Shown piece by piece: positions 36,086 through 48,700 of a stretch of DNA of 64,000 bases. Below the pieces are notes generated by a model. It did no database searches. It was not told the DNA's origin and saw only the letters and a list, made by a program, of their open reading frames with translations. Location: positions 12,410,152-12,474,151 of the forward strand of contig NC_052173.1 in assembly GCF_902713615.1 (NCBI RefSeq), in the 5' to 3' direction. Positions within the stretch are counted from its first letter, which is position 1. The number at the start of each line of letters is the position of its first letter. A program made the translations under genes and the position numbers. This DNA is from Scyliorhinus canicula. Lineage: Eukaryota.

Positions 36086-37024
36086 AGGCAAGTTGTCGCA
36101 TTAACACTGTTCCATAATCTGAATTGCATTTGCGTACTTTCCATTTTCAATTTCCAGTACTTTAAATGCTCATTTAGCCAATTATTTGCTTGCTGTTCCT
36201 AAATCAATTGATCTGGGAGTGGTAAGAACCAAAGCACAGACCATTTTGACATTCTTACACTTGGCTCTATATTTTGAAGAGTACTAGCAAAATAGAAACC
36301 AGTGTGACAAACAGCATTCTGTTGTAAATTGAATGGGTTATATATATTGTACATATTGTTTGCTCTGCTGTGATGGACATTTTAAAAATGTGATTTCCCC
36401 TTAGAATATTCTTCCAAGCAGTAGGTTAATGTTCAACTGATACAGGTCTCCAGAACAGTAGAACTTGCACAGTGCAAGTGTATACTTTGTTTAAAATGGG
36501 ATAAAAGAGTCTGCATTGATTTGTATGGAATCCTGTCAAATGTAGAACAATAAAGAGCGCTTTAATTTAAGAGTAAAGCTTCCTGCCTAGCCCTTCTTTA
36601 TTTTTGAAGCACACATTTAGGATAGTTGGTTAAAAATATATTTTTTATACAGTTGTATTTCTGAACAAGTATTGTCCCTGTTGAAGGGTTAGTTAACTGT
36701 GTTTCTTGTGTCTGAACACAGGTAAGTCTGACTTTTTGTTGCGCATGCAGATTTGACTTGAATAAAATTTTCTTTCATAACTCCCATAAAGAACGTTGGG
36801 ATACTTTACTATGGTAAAGGTGATGTATAAATTGAAGTTATTGTTGAGAAGGTGCTAAGTATGCTATTTTATGGGAAGCAGCTAAGTGTGCTATTGGAAG
36901 ATCTTTTCTACTATCCACCTGCTTGATGAAAATAAACCTTTGTGACAAGGACAGGCATTTTTAAAAAAACATTTTAATAAGTGGCATTTCTATAGGTTCT
37001 ATAAGTATGTATAGCATGCAATAT

Positions 37025-37667
37025 AGAACATAGAAATATACAGCACAGAACAGGCCCTTCGACCCACAATGTTGTGCCGAACTTTTGTCCTAGATTAAGA
37101 ACAAATTAATCTACACCTCATCATTCTACCATAATCCATGTACCTGTCCAATAGCCGCTTGAAGGTCCCTAATGTTTTTGACTCAACTACCTCCACAGGC
37201 AGTGCATTCCATGCCCCCACTACTCTCTGGGTAAAGAACCTCCCTCTGACATCCCCCCCCTATATCTTCCACCATTCACCTTAAATTTATGTCCCCTTGT
37301 AATGGTTTGTTCCACCCGAGGAAAAAGTCTCTGACTGTCTTATCTATTCCCCTGATCATCTTATAAACCTCTATCAAGTCGCCCCTCATCCTTCTCCGTT
37401 CTAATGAGAAAAGGCTGAGCACCCTCAACCTTTCCTCGTAAGACCTACTCTCCATTCCAGGGAACATCCTGGTAAATCTCCTTTGCACCTTTTCCACAGC
37501 TTCCACATCCTTCCTAAAATGAGGCGACCAGAACCCACAGTACTCCAAATGTGGCCTTAACAAGGTTTTGTACAGCTGCATCATCACCTCACGGCTCTTA
37601 AATTCAATCCCTCTGCTAATGAACGCTAGCACACCATAGGCCTTCTGCACAGCTTTATCCACTTGCA
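37025..37667 (-). mobile_element. Young CR1-group LINE 3' fragment
   Basis: ORF 37276-37668 RT C-terminal motifs. Near-identical to 17297-17930. Confidence 0.9.
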
Positions 37668-40600
37668 CAAATATACTGCATTGTTCCCAGTTTTATCTGT
37701 GCCAGTAGTTACTGGAAGGCAGCTGCCTCCCTACAAGGAAGAACCATGCAATAGAGTGTCCTGCACTTGCTGGTAGCTGGTTTCAGGGTGGCAGTACATT
37801 GGCTGAGTTGTTATCTTGACTATTTACATTCCAGTAGGGCATAGGCTAGATGCAGGGGAATTACCCCTCCATTCTCTACACCAACAATGTGCCTCCATTC
37901 CCCATCTCATGAACACAGACTCTACTGGCCAGGTTTGTTTCACTTAGGGTTGTTTCCCTCCATCCTAAACTAGAAAATAAATCTAAATCTCTTCACAATA
38001 GATTTAAATCAAGATACTAGAGATAACAGGACCACTAAATTATTTTTTAGCAATGAGTGGAACCATAGGTTAGCAAAGTTCCTCAGTGAATTATAGTGGC
38101 AAGAGATTGGATCTTGATTGTACTTTCTTGAAGAATGCTTTGACAGAGAGAGAAATCTGAGAAGTTACTCCAGATTCTAGCACTTGGTTGCAAGGTAAGA
38201 TGCACAGATCGCAGCAGGCCACCTGCTTGCTGACCCTGTAAGCTGGGAAATTGTATAGCGTGGGGGAAGAGGGAAAGGCAGCGCCTAACCAGGAATAAAA
38301 ATAAATCAGTTGATCTTGTGGATTTGATGCAAATCTTTTTTTCCCTTTTTGTTTCTTGGCAAAAACCATTGTAGACTTTGGACTTCCTAAATCTAATTGA
38401 GGGTTGGCTTCTGAAGTGGATCAGATATAAGTCACTTCACTGGTTCACTTGGCTGAAAAGGAGAAATGCCACAATTCAAGTTGTGTAGGATTTATTTTTT
38501 TTCCTTTTTCGCTGATGTCTACAAGTTACAAACACTGGTAAACATGAAGGCGGTTTTAACCTTTACATTTCTATAGTAACAACTAAAAATATACACAAAG
38601 TAATATAGATTGTAAAGCCTTGTACATACATAATTGTGTGGTGCTTCGAGTTGGTATTGTGTTTCTGTAACTTGTAGAAAGGAATCTAATTCGGTCATTT
38701 TAGCAATAATGGGTAAGAGCAAGTGTCTGTGAGCAGGTTTTTTTTTAAAGCAGACAATAAAAGAGTAAAATAAGACTCAAAAATCCCATACTATAAATTT
38801 AACTTGGGCTTGAATTTAATAATGCTCCACATTCACTACAGGCAACACAATCGGATTAACAGCCAAATTCTTTTCCAAGTGCTGGGTTGGATGAGGAAGT
38901 TCTATAGCAGCATCTCATTAACCACCTTTCGTACATAGCTCATGAGAATTTCAGCAAATCTGTATAGTCTATTTAATATTTTTCATAGACTTCTCGCTCC
39001 TTTGACACCTTATTCGAGAAGACAAGAAAACGAATGATTGTAGTGGGATACTTGAACAGCTTAAGTCATAATTGATCTACATTTGATTTGTTTTTTAATG
39101 GACAGGCTATTTTGAAGGGTTAAAACTGCAGGTTTTTAATAATTGTGCCATATTGAAACACCTGCAGAGATGGTGCCTTTGAACAAGATACATTCCTTTC
39201 TAAAGCAATCTGCAAAAGACTGGAAAAGGAAGTTTAAGCATTGAGCAATTTAAGGAAATTCAAATGAATGACTCACTTAGATGGTTAAAGCATTGCCAAT
39301 TCAGTGCAAATTGAGGTTTGGAGGCATCCTGCATCCCTAATTACATCTCGAGTACTTTGAGAATGAGCAAAGAGTTTTATTTCACTTGCCATTTTAAATA
39401 TACTTCCGTTTGATCTGCTATGACTTCAACAAATTTAATTAGAATTCATGTAAACTTTCATTAGAATAACACTGTGCCACTTTTCAAAATGTATTCATTC
39501 AAAAGATATTGTCTTAAAGATGATACCACAAAAATGCACTGTTAACAACTGTAGCATCACTCCCAATTCAAAATAGTTAGGTTGAAAAGACCAAAGTGTT
39601 TACACGCAAGGAGTTGCTCTCAAAAGAGGCAAGAAAAGTCTAAACCGTTTGCCCATGAATACAAGAACTGATCCTCGTAACATTGGCAGTGTTAAATTGT
39701 TGTTTTATTTCAAATGGGTGGGGTGAGTGGTGCAGGGGAAGAAATATTTGTTCTAAAATGAATGAGGGTAGTATTTGTCCTTCTAAAAGCAACTTCCTAT
39801 AGCCTCACCACAAAGCACAAATCTCACACAGCTTGTAAGAAATCCACATGTAGAAACCCAGAGGTATGCTCCAGATAAAACCGTTTATAGTAATGCTAAC
39901 CAACTTTAGCTCTAAATTTTGTTTAAATATTCCTCTGATCACTTTTGTTTCCCAGTTAGCATTCACTCTAGCTCAAGGAATTCATAATAGGGAACAAAAT
40001 GGCATAGATTTATAAGTGGAATTTACTCTATTAATATAGTACAAAGTAATGTGGAGTGTAAATTTAGACACTAATCAGAGCTATTTTAATATATTGGTTT
40101 CTTTCCTCTCCCTCCTTCTGTTGCTGCTTTTTACTTCACCCAAGAGGTTAGAATGGTCTGGGCGACTTCATGGGTGCCAATAGTGCTGTCCCAGTGATTG
40201 GCTAACGGGAGGTGCACTTTGTGAGGTAGATGTATTCATCCCTTCCTCCACCATGCAATATATTTGCACATCCTTCAAGGGTCTCAACTAGCAGCTTCAG
40301 CAAGAAGTGACAGAACTTACCCAATGAGGACAGATGAGTTTGTATGTTAAAGTGGAATTTCGAGTTGTGACTCTTGGGATTGGGTGTCCTAAAAACCCTG
40401 CACTCCCAATAATACTGGCATTGTGATTACTCAATTTTCAAAATGTGTTGGGTTTTAGTCAGGGGCTTAAATAGAGTCAACAGAAACAACAAACAATTGG
40501 TGAACAGATCTCTGTTTACTTTTTTCCAGTATTGTTCACTTGTATGGGCTTGAATACACAGAAAATGCTGAGGTTAGTTGTTGCTGCTGTCCCTCACCCC

Positions 40601-41077
40601 AATGGACGACAGTTACATCTGTTTCCTGGTGTACCAAGCATAAAATTGACTTCAAACAAGACTACAAATAACTAGCAAAGGATTCGTTGGCAGATTTGGT
40701 GAAACTTTGTTTAAAATAAGTTTTTTTCCCGATGGATCGTGTGGCATTATTAACTAATATACTTCAGAGTTTTATAAATGATTCTGACCATTCAGAACTT
40801 GCCCTGAACTTGTGAAACTCCGGTTTCTGAATCATTCTAAAACCGTCAGAAATTGGCTTCAACCCTTCGAATCTAAAGGTGTAAATGCTCATTCATCCCT
40901 AGCTATAAATATTCAAAATTGTGCTTTGTTCAAAATGAAGGGACTGTAAAATTTGCTTCCTTTCGTCTCTATTTTTTTCATCTGATTATGTCGAAGTTTG
41001 CTAATTTTCTAAGAGCTGTGAGGGTTTTGAACGTGATGAGTCTTGTCAGTGCTTATTTTATTTATTTTACTTAAATA

Positions 41078-41292
41078 TTTTTTTTTAGCGTACCCAATTC
41101 TTTTGTTTCCAATTAAGGGGCAATTTAGCGTGGCCAGTCCACCTACCCTGCACATCTTTGGGTTGTGTTGGTGAGACCCACGCAGACACGGGGAGAATGT
41201 GTAAACCACACGGACAGTGACCCAGGGCCGGGATCGAACCCGGGTCCTCGGCAGAGTGAGGCAGAAGTGCTAAACACCGCCACCGTGCTGCC
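41078..41292 (-). mobile_element. Type A SINE
   Basis: Consensus match. Confidence 0.85.
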
Positions 41293-42594
41293 TGTCCGTG
41301 CCAAATTTAGATCAGTTCAGACAACAATTGACCCATTTTCAGGTGAGTGCAGCAACAAGCATAGCGGGAATAAAAGCCCTGGCACTTATGCCATAAAAAT
41401 TATTTTCTGTGGTTGAGAAATCCACATTCAAATTTGAGATCCTCACGACTCAAGCCTAATGGGGATGTGATACCAAAAACAAGGGAACGCGTCCAAAATT
41501 AGCTAGACAAAATAATTAGCAAATCCAATCTGAATTTTAAAAATAAATGACTGAAGTTCTTAGTGGTGCATTTTTTGTTTTTCAAAAATCACAATAGAAT
41601 GATAATGTCAGACTGTTGTATATACACCTTTTTCATCGACTAAAAAATTATTGTCCGAATTGCACAGTAATTTTGCTGCCTTTTTATAATAGTAAATGAG
41701 TTATGTTGCTGTAATCTGTAAAGATGTTGTGAGGGTGCCATTATATGTTGGGCTGAGAATATTTGATAAAATATTTCAGGTTATAGAATTATTTATTTGC
41801 CGTGGTAGGGAAGGGGCTGAAATTGCACTGCAAGTGACAAAATACCGGCTGTAATGTGATCTATTTGCCAGGAAGAATTTATTTTTCAAGAAACAGGTTT
41901 ATTAGTAAAATTCCCCAACATGGTGACTTTGCGCTTTTGCAGTTTTCTTGAATAATTTTTTGAAGTAAGTATTCTGTTCATGTTGGGGAATGGGGGGAGG
42001 GTGCATTTTAGAAAAGCAAGTTAAAAGAATGTTCATAAAAATCCATTCTACTTCAAGATGGTAGATTTAACCAGCTATATCTGTCATTACTGCTGGTCTT
42101 CACTAATATTAAACTTGCTTACATTTTTCATGAACTTAAAGGCTTAAAAAAAAATACCAATGTTCTTTTTCAATCAAAACAACCTATTAGATGATATTTA
42201 AAGCACAAGGTTGTATAATTAACAAACAATTTTAAAAAGCAGGTTATAAATTTAATGTAACTGTTATAAAGCATAGTCAAATAAGCTCATGATGAGAACC
42301 CATTTCTAAATAGGATTTTTTTTTGCCAATTAATGAGTGGATTATTACATTCAAACCCCTGAATTTGAAGAATCCTAGGAACAAATTTGAGGAATCGATC
42401 TTCTTTTTTTCCAGATACGTTCCTGTCTGTACAGCAATTGTAGATATAGCCTCTGATCTATAATTCACTGCTCAGGGACATTAGCAGCATTCATATTCTT
42501 TCAAGCACACCTTCAGTAACAACCGAGTAAATTTCACAATGTCACTTGGTGATAGGATAGTTCTTGTGTTGTAAACCCCTTTCTTAAAAACTAT

Positions 42595-42780
42595 TTATAA
42601 GGCTTGTGTTTTGAGTTCGATGGGATCGCTCCTAGGTTCTTGTTGTCCTTCAGCTTCTGGGGGGTGCGCTCCTTTAAGAATAGCCAGTCTCTCTGAGAGA
42701 CCTCTCATCCTGGGGAAGAGGATAAAATCGTACAGCAGTGCTGCTATAGCACCTCCTATCAGAGGACCTACCCAGAACAC
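42595..42780 (-). CDS. MIP: Aquaporin-0 exon 4 (aa 203-263, stop)
   Basis: ttgcAG|[37 protein letters not shown]...IELKTQAL*. Confidence 0.96.
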   Translation of the reverse strand: MFWVGPLIGGAIAALLYDFILFPRMRGLSERLAILKGAHPPEAEGQQEPRSDPIELKTQAL

Positions 42781-45700
42781 CTGCAACAAATAAAGAAATT
42801 AAGAACAACACTGAGAAATAATATTATCTCATTTGAATGAAGCCCTTTCCCTCCATCTTTTACTTTCATTTTTGTTTTCTTTTTTTTATAAGTTTAGAGT
42901 ACCCAATTACTTTTTTCCCAATTAAGGGGCAATTTAGCGTGGCCAATCCACCTACCCTGCACATCTTTGGGCTGTGGGGGCGAAACCCACGCAGACACGG
43001 GGAGAATGTGCAAACTCCACACGGACAGTGACCCAGGGCCGGGATTCGACCCCGCGTCCTCAGCGCCGTAGTCCCAGTGCTAACCACTGTGCCACCATGC
43101 TGCCCCTATCATCTTTTACTTTCATAAAGCTTATAACTGAGTTACGATATTGTTCACAAGTGCTGACATCCCAAGTACTTCTCCCAAGTGGCGATTTTTG
43201 TGTGCAAACCTAGACAATGGTACCAGGCTATTGTACTATGGAAGCATTTATAGACAAGTCCGATCCTGCGCACATGTACGCTTCTCGTGATTCGCAGAAA
43301 TTCTGCTTTACGTGCTTTCATCATAGTTTGGAGATACTTGACATTCTGGCTGCAATCAGCTAACTTGGCTTAAACCATAAGAACACAATGATCTGATGGT
43401 TCAGTAGCTATGCTGCGTTGAGCATTTAAAATATATTTTATACAGGTTTCACACAGTACAACACTGGCATGTAACTGTGTAACTGCATCAATTTGGTAGA
43501 GCATTGAAAAGAATGCCAGTCCTCTGTCCCTTCCCTCACCCAGCCAAAGTAAGATTTTCAGATTTCCCCCCCCCCCCCACCCCCTTTCTGCTTGCTTCAG
43601 GATTTCAGTTTCTACAATAACAGCCATCCTTTTCACTGCTTTAGAATTTATTTCAATATTTCTGACAGTAAAAAAAAAAGTAAGGAGGTTGCCTTCTACC
43701 AGACCCCTGAGCGGTCCAGTGAGATTTTTCTCACTTCTCACGATAGGCTTTATTATGAATTCTCCAAATGAGATTGCTAACTTAAATGACAATTTGTGCT
43801 GAATTATGGAGAATTTTTAGTTTTTAATTAAAACATAAATCCTTCTTTAGATGTTTAAAACCCAGGAGACCATTTAGCGAATTAAATTAATCTTTCAGGC
43901 AACTTGGGAATCGAGAGTATACTTAAAAAGTAGACTTTATTTAGATGGATAACAGCTTGCTTACTAGTAAATTGAGACTTGTAGAACTTTTGACATATCT
44001 GAACGGATGCATTCTCTAAACTGCAGCAGTTACACAAGTGACTTTTAAAAGAGCTGCACAATTGAGTACAAGATCGGTTGCAAAAAATAAGTACCCTCGT
44101 CCTCATTGTAGTAAATTGAAATCCTTGAGCTGTATTTCAGGAACCCTACGTCATAGGTTACAGTGATGGGTAATTTACACCTCAAAAGCTCTTGGGATAC
44201 AAAATCCCATGGTTCCTAACTTGGCGTATTCTGGTTAACTGCTTGGTGATTCGAACAGTTTTGTTGCATTTTCTAACAATCTCTCGTCACTTTTTTTAAG
44301 CACATATTCTTTGTTCAGCTGCCTACTGTATGTATGTTAGCTAAATTCACTTTATTCTTACCCAGTGATTTCCAAAGTTTCTAGTAAGCACGGCTGGTGC
44401 AAAGGATCGGGCTGGATTCATTCCACATCCTGTGTAATACAACTGAAGAAAACAGAGAATAGACTGGCATTATTACAGTCAGACATAATTTTTAAAAAAA
44501 ATAGTTGTTAATCAATCCATAAGTGGTTACATGAGTCATTGAAGATGGCAGGGTATGTTGAGAGAGCAGCGAGTAAAACTTATAGTATCTTAGGATTTAT
44601 TAATAGGGGCATTGAGAGGGCGGCGCAGTGCTTAGCACCGAGGACCTGGGTTCGATCCCGGCCCCGGGTCACTGTCTGTGTGGAGTTTGCACATTCTGCC
44701 CGTGTTTGCGTGGGTCTCACCCCCACAACCCAAAGATGTGCAGGATAGGTGGATTAGCCACGCTAAATTGCCTCTTAATTGGAAAAAAAAATTGGTTACT
44801 CTTTTTTAAAAAAAAACAAATTTTTTTTTTTAAATTAGGGGCATTGAGTATAAGAGTAGGGAGGTCATGTTGAACGTATAAGACACTAGTTAGGCCTCAT
44901 CTGGAGGCTGCATCCAGTTCTGGGTGCCATACTTGAGGAAGGATGTGAAAGCATTGGAGAGTACAGAGAAGATTCATAAGAATTATTCCAGGGATAAAGA
45001 GCTGTAGCTATGATTGGAGAGGTTGGGACTGTTATCCTTAGAGAAAATAAGGCTGAGAGGAGAATTAAAAGAGGGCCATGGACATGGCAAAGAGAGCATT
45101 AAGAACTAGACGGCATAGATTCAAAATAATGGGCAAAAGGAATAAAAAGTGATGAGGAAAATATTTTTCACCCAGAGGGTGGTTGAAATCTGGACCAAAC
45201 TTCCTGAGGAGGCAGGTTCGATCAAGGTATTCAAAAGGGAATTGGGGGCAGCACGGTGGCGCAGTGGGTTAGCCAGGTCCCAGGTTCTATCCTGGCTCTG
45301 GGTCACTGTCCATGTGGAGTCTCCCCGTGTCTGCGTGGGTTTCACCCCCACAACCCAAAGATGTGCAGGATAGGTGGATTGGCCACGCTAAATTGCCTCT
45401 TAATTGGAAAAAATTAATTAGGTACTCTAAATTTATTTTTTTAAAAGGGAATTGGATTTCTATCTGAAAAAAAATAATGTGCAAGGTTAGGGGGATAAGG
45501 CAGGGGATTGGGACTAGGTACAATGCTCTTTCAGAGAGCAAGTGCAGACTCGATGGGCTGAATGACACTTGGATTCGGTGGTGCTAATTACAGCTCAGTT
45601 CCACTTGACCAGGTTTAATTCCCTGTTTTGATTTCAACAGTCATTGCTGAGCAAGTGTGAAAGGAGAAAAGTCCATCTGCCAATCAACCCTAACTCTTTC

Positions 45701-48700
45701 AGTAGACCACAGAGTCTGATTGACTTTTGCGGCAGTTGGCCATTCTGTCATAACTTCTCCCAAATTTATGTATCAGTCTGGTGTACAATCATGGTAAAAC
45801 TTGCAGAATCAGGAATTGGAGTGATACAGTAAAAATCAGTTAAATTTGCCCTAAAGAGCCTGACACAAGTATAATGGCCAACTGGGTCCGATACCTGTCT
45901 TTGTTTGTTCATACTTATGTACTTTACAGCATGAGCTGCTGAATAATGATCAAGAGCATTAAGTCCTGGGTAATTGATTTCCCCTTCCTAGCTCAGAGTT
46001 GAGTGGGTGTTCTGATGGCCAATTTTAGCACCTCAGTTGTGCCCTGGCTTAGATGGGCTAACTCAGTACACACTGGGTATCCTTTTGGTCTGTTTGGCTT
46101 GGTACCAAACCAAGCATGATGTTAGGAGACTGCTCATTACCTTTTAGTCCAGCGTTGACTCTGCACATTACCAAAAGGACCAGATTTAAAAATAATGTTG
46201 AGGTAGAAATTTGCAGACTTACCCCAAAGAAGTGACCCACAGTGAGAGAAAAACCAATGATGATAGCTGCTGACCCCATGAATCCATTTCTGCGAATGTC
46301 TGTTGTGGCAAAAATACAGAGAACGAACTGAAGAGTAAGGAATATCTCCACAGCTGTACCCTGGCCAAGACCCACTCCAGCATGCAGCTAAAGAATAAAG
46401 AGAAATGGAAAATCAGAGCAGACCAGAAATAAATTTAAAGGAAAATAGTTATGCCTGTCTTAGAATACTTTTGCCCGCTGACAAAATCAATGAACCACAT
46501 GGGCCCATAAATTTCTACAGCCCCCTCCTCCCTTTTGTACCTAGTGTGAGCTGATTCTAGAGTTTGAAACCCATCTTAAGGCATTTTAAAATTTAATGGA
46601 TGCCACATGATAGAAAGGAATGCAAACTTTAGAAAACTGGCTTGGTGAGCAACCATTACTAGTTCAAACAGTCATTCCTTCAAGAGCCAAACAATCAATA
46701 TACTGCAGGAACTAACCAAGGCTCCTTCGCCAGCACCTTACAAACCCGTGACCCCTACCACCTAGAAGCACAAGGGCATCAGGCGCATGGACCACCCTCC
46801 AAGTCACACCCCATCTCTACTTGAAGCTATATTGCCATTCCTTCACTGTTTCTGGGTCCTGGAATTCCCTTCCTAACAGCACTGTGGGTGTACCTACCCC
46901 ATATGAACTGCAGCGGTTCAAGAAGGCAGCTCACCACCACCTTCTGAAGGGCAAATAGGGATGGGCAATAAATGCTGGTCTAGCCAGTGACACCCACATC
47001 CTGTGAACGAAAAAAAAAACTAAGAGAAATTGAGTATATTCTGACCACTGGGATTGAGCTCACTTATTTTTTCCCAACCTCCATTACATATTATTCCCAA
47101 CCTGCCTTTGTGAATCAAACAGCTACTAAACAAGCAAGCAACCTGTCTATTGGGATGAGAATTTACTTTGAACTTAAATGTATATCAAGTTGAGGGATGT
47201 GCTGGATAGAGAATGGAACTGTTTCACTTTTAAAACTAGTGTTAGCATCAAACACCTGGATAAAACCAAATATCTCTCTACTTTGCCCCAATAGTATGCT
47301 TTAACCTTCAAGCTCAGAAGTGCACTATGTAATACACCAATGAATTAAAAAAAAAATTAATACACTACCTTTGCACAGCCTCGGAGTGAGAATGGCAACC
47401 TGTGCTAAACTAGATGAACTCGATTGAGACTGCCCCAAACTTCTTGCTTATATTGCAATGAGTCTGATTTCAGGGAGAAGAACGCCTTATTTTGGGTGGG
47501 AAAAGTTAAATAATTAAAAGGTAAGCTTTAACCTACCTCCCATCATGAAGAGTTGAATTATGATCTCCTTCCACAACTGCCAAGAAAAATCTATGCCTGT
47601 GAACTCAACACTGGAATAATGTATCACATAAAAAACTAGGGTTTTCTTCAGCATGACTTACAACATCCTAGAATTAAATCACAATCACAATGAGATTTGG
47701 CCAAATATCTAAGAATTTTTATGCTTATTATTTTTGATGCCTGTCCTCTGTGAAATCCTAGTCCGTTCCTAAATTCCATTTACCCACATAGTCCAGCAAA
47801 ATATTTGAGGAAAGGTTACAATGTTTTTGAATCATATGCTTAAAAACGCACATTTTTTCTTTCAACTGATGTCAAAGGTCCACTTATGACTAATTATTCT
47901 TCATTACAATCTACCCACTCCTTATTCTCTTGTGTTTTCTACAGCATATAACATTTTAAGAATAGGAAATTGAACCAAAAGCACTCATTGTTTGCATATG
48001 CACCCTAAGTTGCAGCGTATAAACAGTAACATTTATGCCTATCATAAACTTACTGTGCATGTATTATACAGCAATGTTATGCCATTTTTATCGGAGACCC
48101 ACCCTATTTTTATACATGCTGTTTTCTTGGCTGAGGGATACGTCTGAGATGCCAGATATTTTGCGACCCCCCCCTCATCAAGATGCTTTATCCTAACAAA
48201 TGTATTGCTTTGCTATAGCAAGACGTTCAAGGCAGGAATCAGTGGCAAATTGAATTGCGAATCCAGTGATACAAATAGATATGAAAATAAAGCCTCACAC
48301 TTTCCTAGTGCTTTATTATATCTCAAAAGGCACCTCAAATTGTTTCACATACAATGAACTTATCTTGATGTTCAGTGGCCTAATATGCAAGCAAATAGAT
48401 ACAGCAAGATCCCACAAACAACAATGCGATGAATGATCAGTTAACCTTTTTAGGGTGGAGTTGGTCAAGTGAGAATTTGGGTAGGAGACGGGGAACTCCC
48501 TGCTCATTGAATATTACCATGGAATCTTTAGCATTCACTTGAACAACCAGAACAGGTAGATGGAATACTTCAGACTCAGTAGTAAATATTTAGATTTGCT
48601 ATATTTTAAATGATATTAGTCTGAATCCAAGGGTGGCACGGTGGCCCAGTGGTTAGCACTGCTGCCTACGGCGCTGAGGACCTGGGTTCGATCCAGGCCC

